A stretch of 63,736 nt of DNA, filler included, from Octopus bimaculoides (GCF_001194135.2; 8 parts of 8 records of this genome joined end to end with filler, not necessarily neighbours in it), one strand, 5' to 3'. Positions 1 through 12,723 are shown, counted from the whole stretch's first letter. Program-made: numbers and translations. The notes: generated from the sequence alone by a model not told the origin.

Positions 1-129
1 GTGAGAGACAGACAGACAGATAGTGAGAGACAGACAGACAGATAGTGAGAGACAGACAGACAGATAGTGAGAGACAGACAGACAGATAGTGAGAGACAGA
101 CAGACAGATAGTGAGAGACAGACAGACAG
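1..129. repeat. 22-bp tandem repeat (GTGAGAGACAGACAGACAGATA), about 6 copies, truncated by window edge
   Basis: Direct reading; one unit carries an extra GA. Confidence 0.95.
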
Positions 130-601
130 TGGAGAGGAAGAAAGCAAAACATTTGTAATGGATTTAAACACCAGACTACATGCTGTCTGCAATATTACCT
201 GTATATTATTATGTATTTTGTTAACACCAGCTCAATGATATTTTTGTTCAGTACTAAAGAAACAGCCAACTTGCTCTCTTAACGAAGGTCAAGGTTTTAT
301 TTAAACAAAATAAAACAGTCTGAGAGGCAAATAGGAAAACTTCAGTGGTTTCTTAAAAAGCTACCAAAAATGAATTCAAATCAAAATTTCCAACCATCAT
401 AATTATTTCATACAAGCAGTGGTTGTTCACTGGTGAACTATTTACCTTGCTAGGAACCAAGTGTGGTTTGGCAATAGGAATGGTATGTGGCCATAGAAAA
501 TCTGCCTCAACAAATTCTTTCTGACCCGTGTATGTGTGGAAAAGTGGACTTCAAAAACAATGGTGATGGTGATATTTATGAGGAGAGGGGTAAGTTTAAA
601 A

Positions 602-849
602 CAAGGTTGTGGAGTTGGAGTCAGAAACAATTGACGGGTAGCTGGAGTCAGAAGTCAGTATAGTTTTACCGACTCCAACTCACATCTTTATTCTTTAACA
701 TAAACCAGTTATAACATATAGGCCTACTCAAACATATGCATTATGAGATATGTAGACCACAATCACTTAATTACATAAAGAGGAGTCGGAAGTGCCAATA
801 GTAGAGGAGCCAGAGTCGAAATTTTTTTTGTTTTGATTCCACAGCTCTG
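602..849. mobile_element. Degenerate non-autonomous DNA transposon (MITE, possibly hAT-like)
   Basis: Left end caaggttgtggagtt vs reverse complement of right end cagagctgtggaatc; internal ggagtc/gactcc subterminal repeats; flanks gtttaaaa/atttttaa match only 5/8. Confidence 0.45.
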
Positions 850-859
850 ATTTTTAATA

Positions 860-1215
860 TTGGCCCAGTGCTAAACTGGTACTTATTTTATCAACCCCAA
901 AGGAATGAAAAGTAAAGTCAATCACAGTAGCACATAAACTCCAAATTAAAGAACCAGAAAAAATGCCATTTTGTCCAACAAGCTGGCAATTCTGCCAACT
1001 CGCTGCCTTAATAATAATAATCCTTTCTACTGAAGGCAAAAGGCCTGAAATTTTAGAGGAAGAGCTAGTCATTTACATTGACCCACAATGTTCGATTGAT
1101 ACTCATTTTATCGACCCTGAAAAGTTGAAATGCTAAGTCAGCTACAGCTGAATTTTGAGCCCAAAATGTAAAGATGGATGAAGAGCTGCTGAGCATTCTC
1201 TCCGACTTGCTAATA
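860..1215 (-). mobile_element. Two tandem decayed family-B SINE copies
   Basis: Reverse-complement matches to intact copy at 13988-14197 (core gtcgactttgcctttcatcc...gataaaataagtacc). Confidence 0.8.
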
Positions 1216-1236
1216 ATTCTAACAGCTCAGCACCTT

Positions 1237-1267
<31 letters not shown>

Positions 1268-1270
<3 letters not shown>

Positions 1271-1420
1271 TCATTTAGCATCCATTTTCCATGCTGGCAT
1301 GGGTTAGACAATTTGAGCAGAGCTGGTAAGCCAGAGAGCTGCACCAGGCTCCAGTCTGATTTGGCTTGGCTTCTACAGCTGGATGCCCTTCTTAATACCA
1401 ACCACTCCAAGAATGTAGTG
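1268..1420 (-). mobile_element. Family-A SINE 3' part
   Basis: ccatgctggcatggg and ctggatgcccttc motifs, (CAT/CAA)n tail; matches copy at 3278. Confidence 0.85.
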
Positions 1421-1729
1421 GCCACTGACACTAGCCACAATGAAAATTAACAAGGCCATATCAACAGGGGAAAATGAAAATTTGTTGAAGTCAGTAAAAT
1501 GTTTAAAAACATTTACCACTACAATGTTTTGAGATTTAATCACTCCCAACAATATTGTGACTTTATTATGATTGCTAATCTCAAAATCTTCATCAACGAA
1601 ACAAGATAGACTAATTACATGGTTGCTTGACCTTTCTTCAAATAACAACCAAATCTCTCAAATCACAGCCTAGCATTGAAAAATATAAAATACAAGTTGG
1701 ATAATGGGGTCATATGGTGCATGTACATT

Positions 1730-1960
1730 ATCATCATTTAATGTCCACTTTCCATGTTGGCATGGGTTGGACGGTTTGACATGAAGCTGGCTAGCAGGGA
1801 GCTACCCAGACTCCAACTGTCTGATGTGACATGGTTTCCACAGCTAGATTCCCTTCCTAACACCAACCCCTTAACAGTGTGCTGGGTGTTTTTTACGTGC
1901 CACCAGCACAGATGCGTTAACGCAGCACCAACATGGGTGCTTTTTAAGCAGCACCAGCAC
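1730..1960 (-). mobile_element. Family-A SINE
   Basis: Same motifs as 3278-3511. Confidence 0.8.
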
Positions 1961-2038
1961 CTGAAAGGACAAGCCTATGAAAGAAAAAATCAGATGGTTA
2001 CTGATGGAATGCCTGTGACCATGGCTCTGTTCAATCTA

Positions 2039-2703
2039 GTTTAACCTGGAGTTAAAGAGTGACAACAACAAAGTCATTGACCTCAGTTGCTGAACTTTTG
2101 ATAAATAAAAATCACCAATTGAAAAATTCATAAAGACTACCAAATCTCAACCCTGATTAAGCTTATCTGATCAACTTAATAATTTGATATGTAATACTAA
2201 GACAGGTTTTGCTTGAATTATTTATTGAGATTATCCTACTTTATGCTATTTTCTGTTAGTTTTTTTTTAATGTCCACATTTAAAGCTTTATTGCAGTTGG
2301 TTACACTTACTGCCAGCTAATTACAATAGTTCTTTCTACTGGTAACTCATGGTAAATCAAATAGTTCAGAACTTTTTTTAACTTTATCAACTCATTAGTT
2401 TCAAATTTTGGCACAAAGCCAGCAATTCCAGGGAAGGAGGTAAGCTGATCACATTGACCTCAGTGCTCAACAGGTATTTATTTTATTGACCCCAAGAAGA
2501 TGAAAGACAAAATTGATCTTGGCAGAATTTGAACTCAGAACATAAAGGTAGACAAAATGCCACTAAACATTCTACCAGCTTGCCGCCTTACCTTTATCAA
2601 TTCATTAGTAATACTCTTGATAAAGTGATAACCATCTTTATTATAAGGCCAATGAGGGAACATCCACATGGTCACCCAACCTGCTAAAAAGAGCAACCAA
2701 TAC
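2039..2703. repeat. Left arm of ~450-bp inverted duplication (interrupted by a SINE)
   Basis: Reverse complement of 5281-5732, e.g. gtttaacctggagttaaa and accctgattaagcttatctgatcaacttaataatttgatatgtaatactaagacagg. Confidence 0.92.
2400..2591 (-). mobile_element. Family-B SINE with 18-bp TSD
   Basis: TSD ctttatcaactcattagt (2382-2399) / ctttatcaattcattagt (2592-2609); absent from the right arm of the duplication. Confidence 0.9.
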
Positions 2704-2844
2704 CCTCTCAGATCGCAAGTTGCTAACTTGAAGACAGGAAAACATTAAATCATTTAGTTCTAGAGCTGTATCAATCTCACCAGAATTGAGGCCTTATGAA
2801 CGTCATGCACATAGCCCCTTCCTTCATACCAAACAAATAACACT

Positions 2845-2990
2845 AATCCTTTCTACTATATGCACAAGGCCTGGAATTTTGTGAGAGGAGGCTGGTCGAT
2901 TACATTGACCCGTGCTCAACTGGTACTTGTTTTATCAACTCCAGTCGATCTCAGTAGAATCTGAACTCAGCAGGCTAACCAAAGCCTTAT
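2845..2990 (-). mobile_element. Family-B SINE
   Basis: cacaaggcctggaatttt tail and ctggtacttgttttatcaac core. Confidence 0.75.
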
Positions 2991-3024
2991 GAATGGGCTG
3001 ATAGATAACTGACACTCCATCAGT

Positions 3025-3135
3025 TATGACAAGGGTTCCAGTTGATCCAATCAACAGAACTGCCTGCTTGTGAAATTAATGTGGAAGTGGCTGAGCACTC
3101 CACAGACGCACATGCCCTTAACCCTTTCGTTACCA
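3025..3135 (-). mobile_element. Family-E SINE 3' fragment
   Basis: Reverse complement of gttaagggtacacgtgtttgtggagtgctcagccact seen at 58920-58959. Confidence 0.7.
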
Positions 3136-3277
3136 ACCCGGCTGAAACTGGCTCTGAGTACAAATGTCTTGTTTTCATAAGTTTTGAATTAAAATCTTCC
3201 ACCAAATCTTAGTCACAATTTATGTTCCTAACACTATATTAATGATACCTAAGTTATTTTACTAAATTCTTTGTTAT

Positions 3278-3511
3278 CATCATCATCATCATCATCATCG
3301 TTTAACGTCCGCTTTCCATGCTAGCATGGGTTGGACGATTTGACTGAGGACTGGTGAAACCGGATGGCAACACCAGGCTCCAGTCTGATTTGGCAGAGTT
3401 TCTACAGCTGGATGCCCTTCCTAACGCCAACCACTCAGAGAGTGTAGTGGGTGCTTTTACGTGTCACCCACACGAAAACGGCCACGCTCGAAATGGTGTC
3501 TTTTATGTGCC
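3278..3511 (-). mobile_element. Young family-A SINE with (CAT)n tail, runs into gap
   Basis: catcatcgtttaacgtccgctttccatgctagcatggg...; near-identical to 47981-48155; CpGs retained. Confidence 0.92.
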
Positions 3512-4017
3512 NNNNNNNNNNNNNNNNNNNNNNNNNNNNNNNNNNNNNNNNNNNNNNNNNNNNNNNNNNNNNNNNNNNNNNNNNNNNNNNNNNNNNNNNN
3601 NNNNNNNNNNNNNNNNNNNNNNNNNNNNNNNNNNNNNNNNNNNNNNNNNNNNNNNNNNNNNNNNNNNNNNNNNNNNNNNNNNNNNNNNNNNNNNNNNNNN
3701 NNNNNNNNNNNNNNNNNNNNNNNNNNNNNNNNNNNNNNNNNNNNNNNNNNNNNNNNNNNNNNNNNNNNNNNNNNNNNNNNNNNNNNNNNNNNNNNNNNNN
3801 NNNNNNNNNNNNNNNNNNNNNNNNNNNNNNNNNNNNNNNNNNNNNNNNNNNNNNNNNNNNNNNNNNNNNNNNNNNNNNNNNNNNNNNNNNNNNNNNNNNN
3901 NNNNNNNNNNNNNNNNNNNNNNNNNNNNNNNNNNNNNNNNNNNNNNNNNNNNNNNNNNNNNNNNNNNNNNNNNNNNNNNNNNNNNNNNNNNNNNNNNNNN
4001 NNNNNNNNNNNNNNNNN

Positions 4018-4255
4018 CTCCTCCATTCTCACCACATGTCCATACCAGCGCAATCGTCTCTCTTGCACGCCACAACTGATGCTTCTAATGTTCAGCTTTT
4101 CTCTCAAGATACTTACACTCTGACGGGTATTCACATTGACATTACACATCCAACGGAGCATACTGGCTTCATTCCTTGCGAGCTTACGTATGTCCTCAGC
4201 AGTTACAGCCCATGTTTCACTGCCATGTAGCATGGCTGTTCGTACGCATGCGTCA
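4018..4255 (-). mobile_element. RTE-clade LINE fragment, RT C-terminal region
   Basis: Translates DACVRTAMLHGSETWAVT...EASMLRWMCNV...QERRLRWYGHVVRM, the typical post-RT YGSETW / RRLRWxGHV motifs. Confidence 0.9.
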
Positions 4256-4309
4256 ATTGAAAGAAACAGAGCATCTCAAAATAAATACAGAAACAAAAGC
4301 TTAACATAA

Positions 4310-4420
4310 TTCTCAGGGAGATTCGGCGTGACACAGGATGTGCCAAGGCTGGCCCTTTGAAATACAGGGACTGGACATTGTAGCCAGCTGAGTGGACTGG
4401 AGCAACATTAGATTCCTTGG
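4310..4420 (-). mobile_element. Family-E SINE middle fragment
   Basis: Reverse complement of cctgtatttgaaagggccagccttg seen at 58862-58886. Confidence 0.7.
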
Positions 4421-4638
4421 AAGAAAATGCTCTTAGCTTAGTTTTTCCTTGGGGCTGGCCAGATTGGAGCAATATCGAGAATAACCAGCCGAAATTGCAA
4501 GGATAATCTGGATCTCGACTGAAGAGAGAAAACTCCGAATGAACTGTCCATGTTTTCTTTGTATCATCTATCTGTATATTTTGTGCCTTCCTTGTATCAC
4601 CTAACTGTCTGGATGTTTTGCGTTCTTGTCCCATTCTG

Positions 4639-4702
<64 letters not shown>

Positions 4703-4744
4703 CTCTGTCTCTCTATCTCTCTCTGCATATATATATATATATAT

Positions 4745-5090
4745 GAGCGTTGGACCTCACTGAGGCAAAGTGGCTTAGTTCCTTTCGAGTGATGGGCCTC
4801 ACTGAGGCAATGACCAAAACTTTTGGCATTTTGTCGTGCTTGAGAGGACCCATCAAGCCAAGCAAAATTGCAGTCATGGAATATACTGGTGTTATGCAAA
4901 TGGCACCCGTGCTGGTGGCACGTAAAAGCACCCATTACACTCTCAGAGTGGTTGGCGTTAGGAAGGGCATCCAGCCATAGAAAACCATGCCAAATCAGAC
5001 TAGAGTCTGGCGCAGCCTTCCAGCCCCAGTCAAACCGTGCAACCCATGCCAGCATGGACAACGGATGTTAAATGATAATGATGATGATGA
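4745..5090 (+). mobile_element. Family-A SINE, long form, (ATG)n tail
   Basis: gttaggaagggcatccagc and aacccatgccagcatgg motifs; tail gatgatgatga. Confidence 0.88.
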
Positions 5091-5280
5091 TAGTTAATAA
5101 AAAAACATATATCGGAAAGAAGTACATTAACAAATAGAGCAGTAATTATTACAAAATTTTATATAGAGTTACCAAGGTTTCGTGCCCACAAAGCAAAGCC
5201 TTGTGGACAGCTTGTCAGACTATCAGATGCACAGGCACTTTATCACTAATTATGTCACTTTCCAGCTATGATTTCAGTAA

Positions 5281-5732
5281 GTATTGGTTACTCTTTCTAG
5301 CAGGTTGGATGACTATGTGGATGTTCCCTCATTGGCTTCTTAACAGTGACAATTATGCCTTTATCAAGAGTATTAAAGTAACTATGAGTGGATAAAGTTG
5401 AAGTTCTGAACTATTTGATTTACCATGAGTTACCAATAGAGAGAACTATTTTAATTAGCTGGCAATAAGTGTTACCAACTGCAATAAAGCTTTAAATGTG
5501 ATCATTAAAAAAAACTAACAGAAAGTAGCATAAAGTAGGATAATCCCAATAAATAATTAAAACAAAACCTGTCTTAGTATTACATATCAAATTATTAAGT
5601 TGATCAGATAAGCTTAATCAGGGTTGAGATTTGGTAGTCTTAATGAATTTTTCAATTGGTGATTGTTGTTTATCAAGAGTTTCATTGACTCAGGTCAATG
5701 ACTTGTTGATGCTATTTAACTCCAGGTTAAAC
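5281..5732. repeat. Right arm of inverted duplication
   Basis: Reverse complement of 2039-2703 once the SINE and one TSD are removed. Confidence 0.92.
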
Positions 5733-5933
5733 CTGTGATTATAAATAACACAAGACCACATTATCCAATGAATCTCTTTGGGATGAAAGTTCAAATTATT
5801 TGATTACTACAAAGTGTTTTCTATATCGAGAGTCTATATCGCATCTGTTTACTCTCTCTCTCTCTCTCTCTCTATTGCACGCGCGCGCACACACGCGCAC
5901 GCACGCGCACGCGCGCACGCACCCACACCCACA

Positions 5934-5964
<31 letters not shown>

Positions 5965-5968
<4 letters not shown>

Positions 5969-6125
5969 CAGGTTTCTTTCAGTTCATATCTACCAAATCC
6001 ACTCCCAAAACGTTGGTCAGCCTGAGGCTATAGAAGAAAACACTTGTCAAAGATGCTATACAGTGGTACTGAACCCAGAACCATGTGGTCGGAAAACAAG
6101 TTTCCTACCATACAGCAACACCTGC
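5965..6125 (-). mobile_element. Family-F (CORE-like) tRNA-headed SINE
   Basis: Matches 46041-46195; B-box gggttcagtacc on minus strand. Confidence 0.8.
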
Positions 6126-6483
6126 ACCTATTTTATTATTTATTACCAAATGGTTCTCCATTGTTTTTGACTTCATAATTTTAATACTTTGAGTGGAAAA
6201 TATATATATCTGTGTGGAAATATATTTGAATTCACTTTATGTTAGCGTTGTAACAACCAATGAGGTTTTCCACTACCTCAGACTGAAATTTTTTTTTAAC
6301 CATCACTAAGAAAGTGAAGTGCAAATTTCTGAAAGAATAAGCAAAGATATCTTTAAGCTGGTGTTAAAATATACATTATATTGCAGTCAAGTTACAAATG
6401 TTTTGATTTCCATCCCTCTTGTACATATGCTATATCAGTAAACATTATATATATATATATATATATATATATANNNNNNNNNN

Positions 6484-6520
<37 letters not shown>

Positions 6521-7873
6521 TCACACACCTATTGCTGCTTGGATAATAGAGTTATAATGCAACATGGGTATAAGGGTGGAATGTTATCTAAACACCAAGT
6601 CTGAAATATCTGGTTAAGTGTACTGCATTAATCCATACTACTGAAAATATATAAAAGGGGGACGGACAGACACACACACAGACACACACACAGACACACA
6701 CACACAGACACACACACACAGAGACACACACACAGACACACACACACACACGCAACATCATTTAACATCCATCTTCCATGCTACCATGGGTTGTATGGTT
6801 TCACAGAATATTTTGAGAAGATAGCAGATATGGGGGAGAGTTAAAGATGAGGTATGGCAGTCTCAAGATGTAACTCAAGAGAGGGAAAGATAACTGGGGA
6901 CACAAGAAGGGGTGATCAGTGGAAAATAATTGGGAAGGGATGATATTGAGAATAAGGAATGGATTTAGAAAGGAAGTAATTCCAGAGAGGGTGAAAGGTA
7001 GTTGGTTGCACAAAGAGGGATGGAATAGGTGCAGATTCTGCTCTCATATGATTACAACAGGTGAATAGTGCTGTAGTTAGAGGGGGGGTGGAGTGATGGA
7101 TGTTAGGAATATGAGAGAGGTCAGGAAGGCTTAGCAGGGAGAGGTTGGGTGCAGTGAGCAGAGAACAGTGAAACAAAATACAAACACAAGCATAGTGCTT
7201 TGAGAACCACACTTTCACTGTGACACACACACACACACACACACACACACGTAGGTATGTATGTATGTATGTATGTATGTATGTATGTATACACACATAT
7301 TTTAACATTGTATGTCTATAAGAGATGCTATTTTAAAATGAATACTGTAGTTTATTAGGCTTTCAAATATGTGTCTGCTTTAAGTATGATACACAGATTA
7401 CTATTCCAAACTAATACTGCTTCTGTCACACACAAATGGTTTTGCACATTACACACACAAACACACTCATAAATAGAAAGACAAGTGTGCATGTCCAAAT
7501 TTCTGAAAAGACACTGTAAACATGTCAACAGAAATGAAGACCCACAAAAGAATTATATTTATACTATTCTCCATAGAGTAACATTTATATTAATTATAAG
7601 ATCAGAGCTGACAATCTGAAAATCTATAGTATTTTAGGGTAACATTTAGAGTAAGAGAACTATTGACTAACTAAATACTATTAAAATTACACAGAGTAGG
7701 CTACATTGCTAAATAAGTTTTAAGAAAAAATAAGCTACAAAGGAAATTTATCTAAACATATCATATTTTGGATGCAAAGTGATATTAAGGAAAATATCAC
7801 CATAACTATCACTACGAATAGACAGGAATTTAGAACTAATAGGAATGGTGTAAATCTATATTAAAAAAAAATG

Positions 7874-7914
<41 letters not shown>

Positions 7915-7984
7915 ACTATATTTTGAGAAGTTAATTCAGCTGGGTGCTATATAAGTTTCTGTAAACATAAGAAAAAGTATATAT

Positions 7985-8135
7985 GGATATGATTGTATAA
8001 AGTGAGAGAGAGAGAGAGAAAGTGAGAGAGAGAGAGAGAAAGTGAGAGAGAGAGAGAGAAAGTGAGAGAGAGAGAGAAAGTGAGAGAGAGAGAGAAAGTG
8101 AGAGAGAGAGAGAAAGTGAGAGAGAGAGAGAGTGA
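7985..8135. repeat. Compound repeat [AAGT(GA)n], about 6 units
   Basis: Direct reading. Confidence 0.9.
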
Positions 8136-8238
8136 GTGAATTCTAAGCTTCAAAATATAAATCAATACCAACAGATATGCACATATAAGCATATATATAT
8201 AAAATATGCTTACAAATGTAAATATATACAAAAATATA

Positions 8239-8279
<41 letters not shown>

Positions 8280-8629
8280 TGATGCATACAAGCATATGTA
8301 CACGTGGTGATGCAAAAAAATACACATACAAATGCATTTATCGACAAAGATGCCTGCACATCAAGTATAGAATATGTGAGCAAGTGAGTTTATGTTAACA
8401 GAAAAATAGACTTTTTTTATGCATTACATTTGTATACATGCACATATAAAAAAAAAATGATGCACACATACAAATGTAAACTTACATACATATCACTATT
8501 TTACAAATACATGGATATAAGTTCATCGTATGTACGTATATGAAAATAAAACTCATGAAATGATACGTATATACAGAGAAAAGAATAAAATATATAAAAA
8601 ATGAAACAGGTAAGCTAATATGAAACCTG

Positions 8630-9545
8630 GTTGACATTTACATATAGAATGTACAGATAAATGCAAAGACCAATATCAAGTTACAGGATGATATGCAAGC
8701 TTATTTGTGTATATGTAATTATATAATAGTTGACAACATAAATATAACACTTTCATATCCAAATACAGGTTTACATGGAAGTTGACAATATTTTTGATTA
8801 TTTGCCATATGTAATTCAGAAGAGGACATTAAATGCTGAATAAACAAATCCCGACACTCCTTCAACACCTTGTGACCAATCTGGAGATCAACAGCCCCCT
8901 CACTCCACTATAAGATCTGGATCTTCACTATTTAGCATTCACATTATTCTGTCAAATGCATTGCTTATTTATTCAAATCGTTTTGAATTGATCATGTATT
9001 ATCTTGTAACTTCAAGATTTCAATGATGTGATTGTGTATTTTTAAAATGACACACTGTAGGGTAGGTGTGAAAGACCGGATCTGGTCAGTTTGAACATAA
9101 AACAGGTAGAATGTTTGGGCCGGATATGGCCGGTTTGAATGCAAAAGGGTTCAACACAAATGTTAAGTCAGTTCTACTTTATGGTTCAGAAACATCCTTA
9201 ACATCAGGTGCCCAGAGGACGTCTCCAATGAACAACTGTGGGACAGGAGAAGACAAGCTCCAATTGAGACAGATATCAAGAAACAAAAATGGGGGTGGAT
9301 AGGCCACATGCTACGAAAGCCTGCACCAAATGTCACCAAGCAGGCTCTTGACTGGAACCCACAAAGGAAATGAAAAGTGGACAAACCAAAACAGTCTTGG
9401 CACAAGAGTGTCGACGCAGAGGTGAGGGCAGCCAGAATGACGTGGGATGAGCCGAAGAGGATCCCCCAGAACCGCATCCATTGCAAAAAAATGTTGTTGT
9501 GGCTCTATGTTCTCCGCAGAATCAAGAGACCTAAGAAGAAGAATT
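8630..9545 (+). mobile_element. Decayed RTE-clade LINE 3' fragment interrupted by a MITE
   Basis: SEEDIKC*INKSRHSFNTL*PIWRS...KIWIF|NTNVKSVLLYGSET...KQKWGWIGHMLRKPAPNVTKQALDWNPQ. Confidence 0.85.
8928..9149. mobile_element. piggyBac-like MITE with TTCA target duplication
   Basis: Ends ctatttagcattc / gaatgcaaaaggg (CCCTTTAGCATTC-type TIR); TTCA at 8924-8927 and 9150-9153; removing it restores the RTE reading IF-NTNVKSVLLY. Confidence 0.8.
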
Positions 9546-9779
9546 GTCATATTCCATTCACACTTTTGTAAACGTATCTACCCATCCATCCTTTCTGATC
9601 CTCTGTCCCTATTCTCTCATAGTCACCTTGTGCTTTGAGGGTACAGCCTCATCATTTCTTTCTCTCCTACATTCTTCTGTCTATCATATTTTAACCTCTC
9701 ATGGCATAAAGCCATCTACCTCTACACCACAGCCCACTCAGTTGAGGAGTCTTGTCTTGCAAATTACTTGGTGACCTCA

Positions 9780-9973
9780 CTAGTGCTGGTGACATGAAAA
9801 CAAAAGCGCACCAGTACATGCTGTAAATGGTAGGCATGAGGAGGGATATCCATCTGTAGAAATCATACCAAAGAAGATAGAGTTTGGCACAGTCCTCTGG
9901 CTCGTCAGCTCCTATCGAACTGTCCAACTCTTAGCAGCATGAAAAACAGATGTTAAACACTGACAGTGATGTT

Positions 9974-9975
<2 letters not shown>
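9780..9975 (+). mobile_element. Old family-A SINE
   Basis: Degenerate gtgctggtgacatgaaaa...atccatctgtagaaa...gcatgaaaaacagatgttaaac. Confidence 0.7.
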
Positions 9976-10012
<37 letters not shown>

Positions 10013-10951
10013 CATGCAACGGTTTCTACTTATATGGGAACTAGGGATTAATATCATAGTTTCAATTGTTAAACCATTAAAGACATGTACATAAGGAATA
10101 CAGTAATAAAAGAATGAAGGGTAATGCAAGTGCATATTATTCCTTTATCATTCTAAAACAAATAAAGAATTTAACCAATTAAATATACTGACATTTAGAA
10201 TCAATAAGAAAAGAAAGCATGTATTTTACAAGACATGGTTATCTACTCATAATTTGTAAGTCTTTATAATACTTTTAGAGTTTTAAAAGTTTAGTGTTGG
10301 TAAAAAGGAATTATTGCAGGATGTCTAATTTTAGTTTAGAGAATAAAATCTCGTATAACTCATCAGTGCAGGTTTATTCATGTTTTGGTATGGTTTTGTA
10401 TGTGAGAAAATTTTTCAGAAGATATAGCGCTACAAGCTTTCAATTTCCAAAAATCTTCAGACAAGGAAGTCATGTCTCGGGAAAAAGAGTTACTAAATAA
10501 ATATGTGAAAGCTAAATCTATTTTTGAATGAGTTTGCAATTAATCTAATATATAAAAGAAAAACAGTATGAGAGTGTGAGAGGGAGCAATTGACAAGATA
10601 TGGTAAGATTGAAGGTAGGGGGAGATGGGAAATATAAGTAGCACAAAGAACTATTTCTTTAACAAGATTTTATTGTTTTCACTATAGAGGGAATGTGCTT
10701 CTACAACATAAGTTGCAATTATTTGCTTTATTAGCAACAGGTATTTGATTCAGTTTTGCATAGTTGGAATTTGCTATAATTGGTGAGAAGTTATTGATGG
10801 TAGAGTAAATTTATGTGTTTTCATTTAGTACTTTGAAGTGATTGTGGCTACATTTTTGGAAAAGCTGAAAAAAGATCTTTGCTATAAAGGCTTAAATTTG
10901 TAGGCTGTACGGCAGATTGTACCATATTATGCTCCCTTTCCAATTTCTGTA

Positions 10952-10987
<36 letters not shown>

Positions 10988-11686
10988 CAAAATCAAACAC
11001 ACATACACAAGGTATGTATGTTGTTAGTTCATGGGTCAGCTGTGGTTTTTAGGCATAAGAGAATATATTCTCTATGTGCCTGGTGTTAAAAATACCCAAA
11101 AGTAATTCATAGTCAAGCGAGACACATAGGCCCCTTCTTGGAGTGACAGACATCAATGTTTTGTCATTGTTTTGACATCAATGCCACATACTGAACAAGG
11201 CCTGCCGCAAGCCATATTGTTAACCATGACTATATGCTAAATGGTTTAAACACCATCTGCTGGAATGTCCCAACATTTCATGTCATGGAAAAAATTCAAA
11301 TATGAATTAGAAGCAGCTCAACACACATGTATGTATGTGAGTGAGTATAAAATCATTTCCATGCGCTTTCGATGTTATGGGTTAGCTAAGTCACCATGGT
11401 CAGAGCCACTCCCCACTGGGAGCTTCTGCCCTAAAGTCTAGGTTTTCATATATGTCATTTGACATGTTTTCTATGGCTGGATGCCCTTCCTAACACTAAC
11501 TACTTTACAGAGTATAATTAGTGTTTTTTCATAGCACCAGCATTAAGAGAGGTAGACTTGTCCTCAGTGAGACAACTGGGGGGGAACCTTATAAACCCCT
11601 ACACTATTCCTGCTTGTATAGCCAACCACTTAATAGGGTAAAGAGTAGAAGGAACAATGACATCGGGGAAGCTAGAAGTAGGTAAT

Positions 11687-11724
<38 letters not shown>

Positions 11725-12269
11725 AATGACATGAGAAAGACCAGAATGAGTGAGAAAAACAAGTGTATGATCTGATAGGAGGTATGTAGGGGTGGAGTCA
11801 GGTAGAGAGAGATTAACAATGGCAAAAGTGGAAGATTTTTTATAATATATCAACATCATCATTTAACACTTGTCTTCCATGCTGGCATAGGTTGGACGAT
11901 TTGACAGGAACAGTGTGTGTGTGTATGTGTGTGTGTGTGTGTATGCAAACACACAATCAAGAGTTGTGTACAAGAGAGAGGGCTGCACTGATATGGGCAT
12001 GTGATGGTACATGGAGGATAACTGCTGCATAACGAAGTGCCAGGCACTCAAAGTTAGTGGAACCTGTGGAAGAAGGCACTACGACAACAGAAATATAAGA
12101 AATAGGTGCCTGTGTGGGAGGGAGGAAGGGTAGGGGTGTAATAAGTACTCAAAGAAGGATATGTACATTTGGTCACTGTAAAGCATGAAATGTGGTTGGC
12201 TAAATAAGCAGAGAAATTGTTGGGTTGTAAGGTCCCTCTAGCACTGATTCATCAGAGATTAACCTTTCT

Positions 12270-12445
12270 AGTATTGGTGCAACGAAAAAAAGCACCCAGC
12301 ATACTCTGAAGTGGTTGGCAATAGGAAGAGCATCCAGCTGTAGAAACCAGGATTTAAAAGCAGTTACTCCCGACGGCAGGTGACTCAGATCTTGACCACC
12401 CGTCCAATGTATGCCACCACGAAAAGCTGATATAAAATGATGATG
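12270..12445 (+). mobile_element. Family-A SINE
   Basis: gttggcaataggaagagcatccagctgtagaaa motif, tgatgat tail. Confidence 0.75.
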
Positions 12446-12679
12446 ATATATACATATATACACACATATTTATAAACATGTAGGTATAACTTAGGTATAT
12501 GCAGAGTGGCATAGATTCTCTGTGTGTGTGTGTGCGTGCAGAATCTATGCCAACGTGTATACGTTTGTACGTCTTAACACCTGCTAATACGCATCTGTTT
12601 ATATTTAAATATACGTACGAAATCAGGTGGGTGTTTTTGTCAATGTTTATCGCAAAATTTTATATTTTAATCACATGCT

Positions 12680-12723
<44 letters not shown>

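Noticed and set aside
1373-1648. 91-aa minus-strand ORF with a hydrophobic end
   Set aside because: Overlaps SINE remnants; no splice signals or recognisable motif.
4519-4550. CTGAAGA-GAG-AAAA-CTC-CGAAT hammerhead-like string
   Set aside because: GAAA is broken (GAAT) and no stem I or stem III pairing can be drawn.
2039-5732. Interpretation of the inverted arms as TIRs of a large DNA transposon
   Set aside because: No TSD, the ends cut through family-D remnants, and no transposase lies between the arms.
6810-7150. Purine-rich segments with LINE-like minus-strand peptides (also 9560-9760, 11590-12250, 22860-23380)
   Set aside because: Probably old TE debris, but I could not match a diagnostic motif, so no class is assigned.
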